This document shows, piece after piece, positions 25,846 through 37,540 of a stretch of DNA of 64,000 nt. The notes under the pieces are model-generated. The model worked only from the letters and a program-made list of their open reading frames with translations. It was not told where the DNA came from and made no database searches. The translations under genes were made by a program, and so were the position numbers. How positions within the stretch are numbered: the first letter of the stretch is position 1; every line of letters starts with the position of its first letter. This DNA is from Selaginella moellendorffii (lineage: Eukaryota; Plantae; Lycopodiophyta): contig NW_003314264.1 of NCBI RefSeq assembly GCF_000143415.4, positions 2,985,710 through 3,049,709 of the forward strand, written 5' to 3'.

Positions 25846-26955
25846 CTGGGCCTGATCAATATCTTCGGCGGGATGGGATCGAAGTAGGCCATCCCAGCGT
25901 TGGAGGTTTCGCCGAATTCTGGCTATGTCCGAGGATGATATGCCATATGCCGTGAGTATCACCCAGCAGGGGATTTGATCACCATGGGCCGCTACAGCTT
26001 CAACAACCGATTGTTCTTGCCAATGTGCGCTCATCCAAAGATCGATCTAATCTCTGGCAAGCTCTTCGCGGTTAGCTTCAATCCAGTGATCAATCCCCAC
26101 CTCCGCTACTTCTGGGCGAGCCCGGACAGGAGGAAGAGCCCCGATTTCGACGTCCCGTGCTTACTTCGCGATAACAGAGAACTACGCAGAGAATCAGCTC
26201 GTGATGAAGTTCCAGGATGCATTGCTCAAGAACAAACTGGTCATTGATGGAGATACCGCCAAGGTTTCCAGATTCGGGGTCATCCCTCGCATCCCGACCG
26301 TGGGATCTCCCGGCATTCGCTGGATCGACGTCCTGGATTGGACATCATTCCACTACATCAACGCCTGGGAGGAAGGGACGGACAAGATTGTCGTGCTCAG
26401 CTCGTGGAACATCTGTTTGACGATTTTGCCGGATTGTCCAACAGATTGCACGAGATCCACCTGGACCTTCGATCTGGACGGTCGTGGAAGCAACATGTGT
26501 GCTCAGCCAGACTGGATTTTGGACAGATCAACCAGAAATTCTTGGGGCGGAAGAATCGGTACGTCCATATGTGCTACTATGGGCCATGGCCCAAATTCTC
26601 GGGCCTGGCCAAGGTCGATCTGGACGCTCCACGGGTGCCCAGTGTGGTAATCGACGGAACAAGTGACCCGGACCTCAACGAGCCGTGCATTGCGGCGTCG
26701 AGGAGATTCGAACGAGGTCAGTTTTGTGGCCAGCCTTTCTTTGTGGTGAATGGCGAGGAGGAAGACGATGGATACGTCTTAAGCTACATCCACAATGAGG
26801 AAAGTGGTGTCTCAGAGCTTTTGGTCATGGATGCCAAATCGCCCATGCTTGAGACAGTGGTTTCTATAGAGTTGCCTACTAGAGTTCCATATGGATTCCA
26901 TGGGATCTTTATAAATTCCGATCAAATAGCCAACCAGAACCATGCCACCTTGTAA
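25846..26955 (+). pseudogene. Carotenoid cleavage dioxygenase pseudogene (5' deletion, frameshifts)
   Basis: Split over ORFs 25975, 26201 and 26338; shares its deletion junction and some lesions with 15218-16313. Confidence 0.9.
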
Positions 26956-28281
26956 GAAAAATTGTAAATTGATATAATCTCTTGTAAATATCTAATTTAT
27001 GTAACTATGTGAGAATTCGCAATAAGAACATATGGAGCACTGTTACTTGGCTCCACACTATGGTATCACCCTGTGATCTGGCATTTTTAAAAAATTCACA
27101 GCGTTTTCTCTAACCTTTGGTTGTTTACATGCTGCCAGCATGGTAGTCCACACACACCTTTGATTCTTTAACTTTTCCAGATGCCCTTTCCTGGCATTAG
27201 AGCAAACCAGGGCAGCATTACATTGCAAGAAAAAGCGTCTGCATTAAGAAATTTTCTCAGCAATTCTACAGTTGTTGCTCCATGGACTCACTTTCCGCCA
27301 CGCCAAGCATACAAGCACTTCTGAGGGAGCCCAAGAAAATTCTCTTTGCCTTTTGCAAATGCAGACTTTGGCATAGATACAAGACCCCCCTACTTGGCAC
27401 ATTTGATAGAATCGTGCTCCAAGAGATTAAGCTCCTTTCTGGCATTACTTTATCCAAATGCCTGTTACTGGCATAATCAGGAACGTCGTCTGCTTGTTGG
27501 AGGAATCCATACCAAGAGAAGGCAGTGATCATGATCGTCCCACTCGGGCATTCAATCAACCAGCTGCTTGGCCTGGTCAAGAGATGTGAAGGTGAAGAGC
27601 ATGGCATTCAACGAGAATCAATTCCTCAATCTCATGCCATCTATGCACCTTATATACACTGCACCACCAAATTGGACGTCAGATAATTTCATGCCGCAAG
27701 GAGGTGCTTGATATATTTGTGGCTGGAGCATCCCGTTAAACACCATCTTGTTTTAGTCTCTGATGTGAATTATAGCAAAACTTTTTCACTAGTTGTCAAA
27801 ATAGCTAGTGTATCTGGTCAAAGACCTATCAACGGTCAAGTGCGTCAAACGGTCAATCAATTATTCTGGAATCTTGACTGTGAGTCTTTCTCGTTTTTTG
27901 ACCGGCACACTCCCATTCGATTACATTCTTTCTTGTTCTTGGTGGAGACGTCCAACACTTCAGAAGGTCACGTCCATTGGAGGATGTAGATGTAAGATCC
28001 TCTCTAAAACGCAAAATGGGTTTTTCTCCCAGGTCTTGATCACTTCGCAGCCACTTTTGGTCTCGAGATAGTGGATCAAAATTGAGGTTGCAGTGGGCTT
28101 CTCCTTAAGACTAACTGTAAACTTAGCTAAATTTTCCTATCAGATGGGAGTGTCCACGTCATTGCCAGCTAGGTGGACGAAGAAATTTGATACAGTTCTC
28201 TATTCCATCCAGCAAAACCAAACAAAAATGATATTTCGCGCAGGGAGTACTTTCTTATGTGGGACACTCAAGTGCTCAGGA

Positions 28282-28512
28282 TTTACATTGCACCATGTAA
28301 AGGTAAGGTCCCATGCTTCCTAGACGGGTACAAGAGGAAAGCTAGACATCTCCAAATGTTTACATTGCATCATGTAAAAGTAAGGTCCCATGCTTCCTAG
28401 ACGGGTACAAGAGGAAAGCTAGACATCTCCAAATGTTTACATTGCATCATGTAAAAGTAAGGTCCCATGCTTCCTAGACGGGTACGAGAGGAAAGCTAGA
28501 CATCTCCAAATG
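28282..28512 (+). repeat. 3 x 77-bp tandem repeat upstream of the intact CCD gene
   Basis: The unit TTTACATTGCA...CATCTCCAAATG starts at 28282, 28359 and 28436. Confidence 0.92.
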
Positions 28513-28619
28513 CCGACATTGTTCTCACGTGCATTGCTTCCAATTGGTCGACATCCCAAGTAGCTAGAATCCTCAGAGTAAGCCTTAAAAACTTTCTCTA
28601 TCGCGCCATCATCTTATCT

Positions 28620-30485
28620 ATGCGAATGGTGTGGCTCAGAGAGTCCAATTCAATTCGATTGGAGGGATCAATGTATTTATGTATGCCAATGGCACTATTT
28701 TTAATCGTTGATTCTGTCTCAATGCATGCCACAGCTGGGATTGATATTGGTTGTAGCCTTACCAACTTCTCCTTCCCAGCTCCACCCAAGAGAAGATCAT
28801 CAGGGATCACAGCCACCGCCACCAAATCCTCTCGCAAGTATATCAATACCCCTGGCTTCTCAATCCCCAATCCAATCGAAGAGGCGCGGGCGGCGGCGGT
28901 AGCCCTGTGCGACACGGTGGAGAATTTCATCTCCACGTACATTGATCTTCGCGAGTTTCCTCCCTCGCAAGACCCCAAGATCCAGCTCGCGGATAATTTC
29001 GCGCCGGTTGGAGAGTTCCCGCCAACGCCGTGCCGCCGAGTCACTGGCGAGATCCCTCGCTGCCTCCGCGGCGGTGCTTACATCCGCAATGGCTCCAATC
29101 CACTCCATCCCCCTCCCGCCGGCTACAACTACTTCGACGGCCACGGGATGCTCCACTCTGTCAAGTTCGGCGATGAAGAAGATCAAGCTCCAGTCTACTG
29201 CGCGCGATTCACCCAGAACAATCGATTCGTCCAGGAGCAAGCAGCGGGCAAGCCTCTCTTCCCCTACACGCTGGGCACCATGAGCAGCTATGCCGGGCTC
29301 GCACGATTCGGGCTATTCGTGACGCGCACGGCTCTGGGCCTGATCAATATCTTGGGCGGGATGGGAACCTCCAACGCTGGGATGGCCTACTTCGATCGCC
29401 GAATCCTGGCCATGTCCGAGGATGATATGCCATATGCCGTGAGTATCACCCCAGCAGGGGATTTGATCACCATGGGCCGCTACAGCTTCAACAACCGATT
29501 GTTCTTGCCGATGTGCGCTCATCCAAAGATCGATCCAATCTCTGGCGAGCTCTTCGCGATTAGCTTCAATCCAGTGATCAATCCCCACCTCCGCTACTTC
29601 TGGGCGAGCCCGAACGGGAGGAAGAGCCCCGATTTCGACGTGTGGCTGCCGGACCCGTGCTTGTTTCACGACTTCGCGATAACAGAGAACTACGCAATCC
29701 TGCCAGAGAATCAGCTCGTGATGAAGTTCCAGGATGTATTGCTCAAGAACAAACTGGTCATTGATGGAGATACCACCAAAGTTCCTAGATTCGGGGTGAT
29801 CCCTCGCATCCCAACTGTGGGATCTTCCGGCATTTGCTGGATCGACGTCCCGGATTGGACGTCATTCCACTACATCAACGCCTGGGAGGAAGGGATGGAC
29901 AAGATCGTCGTGCTGAGCTCGTCCATTACGCCGGTAAAACATTTCTTTGACGATTTCGCCAGATTGTCCAACAGATTGCACGAGATCCACCTGGACCTTC
30001 GATCTGGACGGTCATGGAAGCAACACGTGTGCTCAGCCGGACTGGATTTTGGACAGATCAACCAGAAGTTCCTGGGGCGGAAGAATCAGTACGTCTACAT
30101 GTGCTACTATGGGCCATGGCCCAAAATCTCTGGCCTGGCCAAGGTCGATCTGGACGCTCCACGGCTGCCCAGGGTGGTCATCGACGGAACGAGTGACCCG
30201 GACCTTAATGAGCCGTGCATTGTAGCGTCAAGGAGATTCGAACGAGGTCAGTTTTGTGGCGAGCCTTTCTTTGTGGCAAATGGCGAGGAGGAAGACGATG
30301 GATACGTTTTAAGCTATGTCCATGATGAGGCAAGTGGTGTCTCGGAGCTTTTGGTCATGGATGCCAAATCACCCACACTTGAGACAGTGGCTTCTATAGA
30401 GTTGCCTGCTAGAGTTCCATATGGATTCCATGGGATCTTTATAAATTCTGATCAAATAGCCAACCAGAACTATGCCACTTTATAA
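28620..30485 (+). CDS. Intact intronless carotenoid cleavage dioxygenase (RPE65 family, NCED/CCD4-like); likely true start ATG 28722 with plastid transit peptide
   Basis: 621-aa ORF with NFAPV, YIRNG.NP, FDGHGMLH, AMSEDDMPY, CAHPK, FHDFAITE, FHYINAWEE, PWPKISGLAKVDL, GEPFFV, EDDGY and RVPYGFHG. The segment after M35 is Ser/Thr/Arg-rich. Confidence 0.93.
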   Translation: MRMVWLRESNSIRLEGSMYLCMPMALFLIVDSVSMHATAGIDIGCSLTNFSFPAPPKRRSSGITATATKSSRKYINTPGFSIPNPIEEARAAAVALCDTVENFISTYIDLREFPPSQDPKIQLADNFAPVGEFPPTPCRRVTGEIPRCLRGGAYIRNGSNPLHPPPAGYNYFDGHGMLHSVKFGDEEDQAPVYCARFTQNNRFVQEQAAGKPLFPYTLGTMSSYAGLARFGLFVTRTALGLINILGGMGTSNAGMAYFDRRILAMSEDDMPYAVSITPAGDLITMGRYSFNNRLFLPMCAHPKIDPISGELFAISFNPVINPHLRYFWASPNGRKSPDFDVWLPDPCLFHDFAITENYAILPENQLVMKFQDVLLKNKLVIDGDTTKVPRFGVIPRIPTVGSSGICWIDVPDWTSFHYINAWEEGMDKIVVLSSSITPVKHFFDDFARLSNRLHEIHLDLRSGRSWKQHVCSAGLDFGQINQKFLGRKNQYVYMCYYGPWPKISGLAKVDLDAPRLPRVVIDGTSDPDLNEPCIVASRRFERGQFCGEPFFVANGEEEDDGYVLSYVHDEASGVSELLVMDAKSPTLETVASIELPARVPYGFHGIFINSDQIANQNYATL

Positions 30486-31448
30486 GAAAGTTTGATATAG
30501 TTGTAAAATCTCTTGTAAATATCTAACTTATGTAACTATGTGACCATAAATTCAGATGTAATGCACTCTATTTTTTTCCTTTAAAACCAATTGGAAAAAG
30601 GGGCAATTGCTTATAGTAACAATATATCTAAATTTTATTTCAAGATCATATGTGCTACACTCACCCCTCCTTTCAAAGTGTCAATGTTTTTATTGATTAT
30701 TACTAAACTATATTAAATCTACCAATCTTTCCATTATATAGACCAATTATTTTATGTAAAGTAACTAGTTATCCACCTATATTTCAATCCCACAGTGGAT
30801 ACCTTCGTTTATGAATGCTTTACAAAACAAAAGACATATTTATGAATGGCTAATACATATGATTTTAATTTTAGGGGTATAAATATACCTTATTTAAAGG
30901 TATATATTTTCTCTAATACCACATTTATCTCAACATATCTCTCTCCTCTTAAGCCAATTAAAAAAGAGGTAGTTATTTGCCCTTAGTTATCCTCATTTAT
31001 CCACTAAAGTTTTTAAGGATCCACAACAATAATATATTTAAATTTCATCCCATGATCACATATGCTATATCATAAAATTTATAATGAATTTTAAAGGTTA
31101 TTTTTTCCACATTTTGATCTATAATCCGTCTTTGATGATACTTGGACTGTAAATCAGGTCGTATAAAGTACTTAGCCTTTAAGAGTTAGTCAAATAAGTA
31201 AAAAATGCATATATAACTTTTGGCAATAACCTTTATGAGTTGCTTTTTAAGTTCAACCATTTCCTTGTGTAAATGATATAGAGCCTTATGTGATTTAGAA
31301 TCTAAAATAATCTCAATATAATGATCAATCTTATAGTTAAGAGAAAACCTTGGTGGTAAATTTGTTAGAAAGTATCTTGATTCCTTAACAACAACTTTAT
31401 AATATAGGCCTATTTAAACTTGATCACTTGAACCTAAATGTAGCACAT

Positions 31449-31840
31449 GTGGTTTTCACCCTTTATTCTATGGTGATTTACCATAGGATAACCATGAAGT
31501 GGAACTTAAACCCTCCATGTGCCATATGCCACATGTCCAAGGACAACGAAGTGAAACCTAAGTTATAGGGCCTTGGACCATTGAACGAAGGAATGGTGCC
31601 AAATTCCTAAGTATGAAGCCAAGAAGCGATGGCACTAGAGAACAGAACGACTCTTGAACGTACAGCTTAAGGAGCGAAGAGACAGGAGCACAGAGCAACT
31701 TGGAACAATCCTAAAATATCCAGCATCTTAATGCTAAGACTAACACACAAAACAGAGCTAAACAGAGTTTAACGCTATTTTAGCATACCAGTGGCTTAAC
31801 ACAAGGATATGGGTACTCCAACAACTAGCATAGTGTGGAA
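31449..31840 (+). repeat. Dispersed repeat (possible LTR remnant); second copy at ~36169-36545
   Basis: Both copies start TGTGGTTTTCAC.CTTTA and stay similar for ~400 bp. Confidence 0.5.
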
Positions 31841-31983
31841 CTTAAGCTTAAACCCAAGCCGGACGCAAAACAAGGGCAGTCACACAAGCGAGAGTTAGAC
31901 TATGCCTCAAGTTGGTCAGTTATGCCTGACCTACCCACTATCCCTATTATACATTTGGAACCCCCTACAACTCCCTCCTCCGT

Positions 31984-32305
31984 TTGCTAACATCTTTGCT
32001 CACGTTATATGCTCACAAAGGCATTGTTGCCATAGCTCAGGATCTCTTTGTGTCTTTCCAATTTGATCACTCCATCAAACCCTCAAAGCAACACTACTCA
32101 TGTATGATTGGTGTGCTTGTCTGGTCAGGGTATATCCAAGATGCTGAGAATCTTCTGTGGGAGATGCCATCCTACCCAGATTCCATGGATTGGAAGTGCT
32201 TGCTTGGGCTGTAGCGAGTGGAGATGCAATGAAAAATGCCGCTAGTTTGGAGCCTAGTAACAGTGCTCCATATGTTCTTATTGCCAATTCTCACATAGTT
32301 ATATA
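31984..32305 (+). pseudogene. PLS-class PPR gene C-terminal (E-domain) remnant
   Basis: LLTLYAHKG...DHSIKPSKQHYSCMIGVL..SGYIQDAENLLWEMP.YPDSMDWKCLLG...LEPSNSAPYVLIAN. Confidence 0.75.
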
Positions 32306-32370
32306 GCTTGGATATTTTCAAGAGATTATATCAATTTTCACAACTATGTCAAATTTTCTTAGAAGGTGCC

Positions 32371-34429
32371 ATTTTTTATGAGCACACGTGAAATCTAGGC
32401 TATAATTCATGTAAAATCTAACCTTGGGCTTCACTAATCTACCTACTACCCCTCCTAATGCATCTTTCAATGTAATCCTCACCTAGTTGTTAGTGAGTGG
32501 TTGAACCATTTGATGTAGCAGTTAACTAAGGTGTATGCTTAGCAAGAGTAAAGTGGGGGGTTATGCACTAAAAATCCCACAATGGGTATTTAAGATTATG
32601 TATGCAATTATATGTGGGATTTTGGGCAAAAACTATATATTTGCATTATTCTAAAATAAAGTTACACTGCTAGGAATTTTATATAAAATTTTAGGAAGAA
32701 TGATTTGAATTTCATTAGATAGAATTGTGGTACATAGTGAAGTTTTAGTGAGTTTTTGTTTTCATTGTAATTTTCATTAACAATTCCAGTTATTCCTAAT
32801 ATGTATTTTTGCCAAATTGATTTATTTTTTTAAAAGTCTATTTTTTATTTTAGGAATTTTAGCTTATAATTTCTACTTTAAATCACTAATGCTCCTAATC
32901 TTGGACAATGCTCTTGTTAGCTAGTGTTGCAACTACGTTGTGAATCTCATTTAAACTCATGTTATAGAGTCAACAATAGTGTTATAAATTTGGTAACTTC
33001 TTCTTGAGTACCTATTATCTTGAGTAGCCATTCTATGAACTTTTTGAGAGATAATTATAAAAAGTTTAGTGAAGTATTTAATTTATAGCTCTAGTGTTGT
33101 GTGAGTGATGCAGGTCCCATGGAATAAGTGAATTTTAAAGTAAATATGTTAGCTACATTGGTGTCACTGATAGAAATCCTAGTTTGCAAAAGAGAACGAA
33201 GTTTAAAGTGGTCACACTTGTTTAGGGTAGGATCATTCAAAGGTTTAAAAGAAACCTATTATATACCTTTAGAGTAAAGGTTTAATTATTTTTTTAAAGT
33301 ATATTCTTGGTGTTGCATAATCTAAAATTTAAGTATTATTAGGGGTTTTAATAAAAGCATTGATCCAATGAGATATATGAATAAACAACTTTGGAGATCT
33401 TCTTTTCTCAAACCTTATGTGTATGGTTTTTGAGACGAGTTGAGTGCAGACATATTTGCTCAAGCCTTGTCAAATGCATTTCCACCTATGAACATGATGG
33501 ATTTTAAGCTTAATTGTTAATGACCTTCATGACATCCTTATGCATATGTTTCCTACTTGAGAATAGGGGGTAAAGAAAATAGAAAAATGTTTTAAACCTC
33601 AAAAGATGAGGGAAAACTACAAGCACAAGACAAAGTAATAGCACCACTTTCTTCCATAAATTTTTAATCTCTCTAAAAAATTCTAACCCTAGCAAGTATT
33701 AATCTAGGCTATATTCTTAGTGCTTATGTCTTGTGATGCAATCTAGAACTAGTGCTGTGACAACACACTCTAGAGCAATGGTGCACCTTGGCAAATAAAA
33801 GTCTTTGCAAATCTACACTTTATCCCTAGTAATAGTTGGAAATGCCAAAGCTACAAGATTTCAAGATTGATCAATCTAGAGAACACTATATTGCTTGGCA
33901 CTTAATGATGTCTACCCTAAACCCTAGATTTAACTTCAAACACTCAAACCAGAAGATTATTCCTGAATAACTTTTGAATAATTCAGAGATAATTCTTAAA
34001 CCTTGATAAAGAAATAAACCATTAGATAATGTCCCAGGAAAGAAAATGCCACCACCAACTCTCACAACCTAGATTTCAAAGCCCATATGCTACTCATTAT
34101 CACCAAATTTGATATATCAAGTAACACAAAAATATTTGAATAATACCTATTTAACAAAGGGATGTTAGAACATTGGATGCACCTCAATCTTGCTTTTGAG
34201 ATCTGTGAAATTTCTTCTTGGATAAATGGCATCTATACAAAAGCTTTAAGGAATTAGCACTTATACCATTGGTGTTTAGGAAGAAATTTATATACCTTTA
34301 ATCTTAATTAAATTGGCTACCTTGTTTGATGAATGACTTTAACACAATTTGAGAGCCACGTGATTGCATGTATATGATAATGGGTGTTGTAGATGAAAAT
34401 TCTTGCTTAGGAATTTAGGTTATACTTCT

Positions 34430-34463
<34 letters not shown>

Positions 34464-35810
34464 CATTAGGCATAATAGATTGAAATAGCATGATTTCCAT
34501 AATAGGTGTTAATGGTTGGGCAAAAAAGTCAAAATTTTGCTAGTCATAGTCAAAGTAGCAAAAACAAAACAAAACAATTTATGTTATTTTATTAAGGTCA
34601 TTTACCTAGGCTACTTGATGTTTTATGTAGGGAGTACTTTCTTATCTATGCAAGGATTTACATTGCATAATGTAAAGGTATTTTATACAGAAAAGTTTTT
34701 ATTTGTTTTTACATTTATTCACTAAAATATAAATATAAATGTTAAATGACATTATGATAAAAATAAAGTTGCTATTTTGCCTTTATCCTGTAATGTTGTG
34801 ACTTTGGACTTGAAACTACACCTAACACATGACTAATTGAAAAATAAAAAACATTATAAGCCCTTTAGTAAGAAAAACATATACACATCTAATATCTTAA
34901 GGGTAAGTCAATTTTGAAAATGACTCTCCATCACATTTTGCTAGGAAAATCATCATTTACAAGTAACCATGCTTACTGGAATAACCAAGATTGCTCTAAA
35001 GAGTTCCTTCATCAAAATAACATTCTCTGCTCTATTTATATCTATATGTCATTTTGTTTTTCAAAATTCACTATTTCATTCTCATTTTTATTTATTCCTC
35101 AATCTCTTCTTCAAGCTTTATTGCTTCATTTTAGAGTTAAGGAGGTTTGAGGGTAAAAATGAAGTGATTACACATAGGTAAAGGCTAGAATAGGTATATA
35201 GTAAGTATATTCTTATAGATATATTTTATTGTGACATTCTTAAAAAATCATCAAATGTGAATGTCAAGTGATGACACTTTTTCAATGGTCCTTAAACCAT
35301 TTCAGGGATATATGAACACACAATTATTGGTCCTCTGAGTGTTCACATATCCTATGGACACACAATTATCAGTCCACATATCCTGTTAGCATTGCAACAT
35401 TTTTGTACCCAATTTCTCTAGAAGCACTGTACTACCTCAGCCCTAAAATATTATTGCACATCCAATCCATATTTAGATTGGAGGGATCAATACACCTGAT
35501 GAAGCTAACTTAGCAGCTTTGCTCACTTCATGTGCTCACAAAGGCATTGATGCCATAGCTTGGCATCTCTTTGTGTCTTTCTAGTTTGATCACTCTATCA
35601 AACCCTCAAAGCTAATATGGCATCTCCTACAGAAGATTCTCAGCGTTTTAGATATACCCTACCTAACTAATCATACACAAGTAGTGTATTCGGATTCTAT
35701 GGATTGGAAGTGCTTGGAGTTGCAGCAAGTGGAGATGCCATAAAACTTGCCATTAGTGTGGACCCTAGTAACAGTGCTCTATATGTTCTTGTTGCCAATT
35801 CTTATATAGT
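32371..35810. repeat. Right arm of the inverted duplication (includes PPR remnant at 35460-35810, + strand)
   Basis: Reverse complement of 18938-22307. Confidence 0.88.
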
Positions 35811-36048
35811 TTGGGCTATGTAATGCCCTGACTATGATGGATAGAATATTTAAAGATTATATGGACATATTTATTGTCTTGTATATCAACAATGTTCTAG
35901 TCTTTAGTGAAACATTGAAGAATGATTTGAAACACTTTGAGCTAGTTTATTAGAAGTTGCAAGAAAATAACTTATATGCTAAGGAAAGTAAATATGTCTT
36001 TGATTAGTTGTATATGAACATTCCTGGACTAAAAAATTATATTGGTAT

Positions 36049-36160
36049 TGTGAGGTCCAAGTGTATAATTATAATGCCGTATACTAATAGTAGTGTAGTG
36101 GGATTTTGGTGGCTATCATATTGGTTTCAATTCGAATCACTCACTCTTATATACATATAT
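36049..36160 (+). repeat. Partial family B short LTR
   Basis: TGTGAGGTCCAAG...TAGTGGGATTTTGGT matches 60602-60700 and 6053-6150. Confidence 0.65.
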
Positions 36161-36649
36161 ATAATATATGTGGTTTTCACTCTTTACTGATAATGATTTA
36201 CCATAGAATAACCACAAAGTGAAATCTAACCTTTAAATACATATGCTAAAGGCAATGGAGTGAGACTTGAGTTTTAGGGCCTTAGGCCATTGAATAAAGG
36301 GATAGAGTCAAACTCCCAAGCATACAACCAAAAAATGAAAGGACAGAAATATAGAACAACTCTTGAGCATACAACTGTAAAGAAAAAGAGCCAGAGCACT
36401 AAGTGACATTAGAATAATCTTAGAGTATCCAACATCCCAATACCAAGACAAGCATGTAAATTGGAACAAAATAAAGTTCAATAGTAGTTTAACATATGGG
36501 TGGTGTAATATAAAATATGGGTACTCTACCAGCTAGTATGGTATATCAAGTTGATGTAAAATAAGAATAGACACACTTAGTGAGGAGCCAAACTTTTAAA
36601 ACTCTACATAACTTTAGATTATTGTGACTAATCTTACCAAAGACTGTTC

Positions 36650-37513
36650 TATAAACTCTTGAATTTGGACTTCCTGAAAAATCACCCAACTTAGTATTAT
36701 TCAAACCCAAGGATATTTAACCTCAAATATCCCAAGATCCTTAACCGATTGGAAAAAAAGGTGCACTTTTGTTTATAGGTCCGTTCCCTTTATGTTTGAA
36801 CCCTTATGAATCATCTTTTGAGTTGTTCCCTTTGGTTGCTTAAAATCCACCATGCTTCTCTACACGTTCACTCCCTCGTGAATAGAAGCTGAGAACCATA
36901 GCTCTCCTAAGAGCCTTGCTCTCTTGACACCCTACTTCTGGGGTCAAGCCCAGCCGGAGCAAACTAAACCAACCAAATGTCAATTAGAAAAGGAGGCGCA
37001 CTTTTGTTCATAGGCCCTTTCTCTCTATATTTGAACATTTATGAATAATCTTTTGAGTTGTTCCCTTTAGTTACCACGCTTCCCTGCAAGTTCACACCCT
37101 CATGAATAGAAGCTGAGAACCACAGCTCTCATGAGAGCCCCACTCTCTTACCCCTCGGGTCAAGCCCAGTCGGAGTAAATTGGACCAACCAAATGAATAG
37201 AAGCTGAGAACCACAGCTCTCATAAGAGCCCCACTCTCTTACCCCTCGGGTCAAGCCCAGTCGGAGTAAATTGGACCAACCAAATGTCAATCAACATGTG
37301 GTATGATTCCTCTAACCAATCAACAAAGTCGAATTTGAAACCCCTCTAATACCAAATGTAAACTCTTGAATTTGGACTTCCCAAAAGGTCATCAAGCCCA
37401 ATACTATTTAAACCCAAGGACACTTAACCTTAAGTATCCCAAGACCCTTAACTGATTGGAAAAAAGAGTGCACTCTTATTCATAAGCCCTTTCCTTTTTA
37501 TATTTGAACCTTT
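36650..37513 (-). mobile_element. Small LTR/TRIM-like repeat units with a Met-type PBS; target of the DNA transposon, continuing at 58561-58600; related unit at 59158-59570
   Basis: TAAACTCTTGAATTTGGACTTCC-like start recurs at ~36652, 37359, 59160 and 59503. The minus strand reads ...TACA TTTGGTATTAGAG at ~37344-37360. There is a 91-bp internal duplication (37103/37194). Confidence 0.55.
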
Positions 37514-37540
37514 AAGCTATATTTCGTTAAAGTGGGATTT
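37514..37540 (+). repeat. Left terminal inverted repeat (27 bp)
   Basis: 25/27 match to the reverse complement of 58530-58556. Confidence 0.88.

Larger units (their letters stand above)
22701..30543 (+). repeat. Tandem segmental duplication unit 2
   Basis: Collinear with 11818-18948. Confidence 0.9.

Noticed and set aside
28620-28721. First 34 codons of the 621-aa CCD ORF as a genuine N-terminus
   Set aside because: The sequence resembles PPR-derived flank. The transit-peptide-like composition starts at ATG 28722. Not proven.
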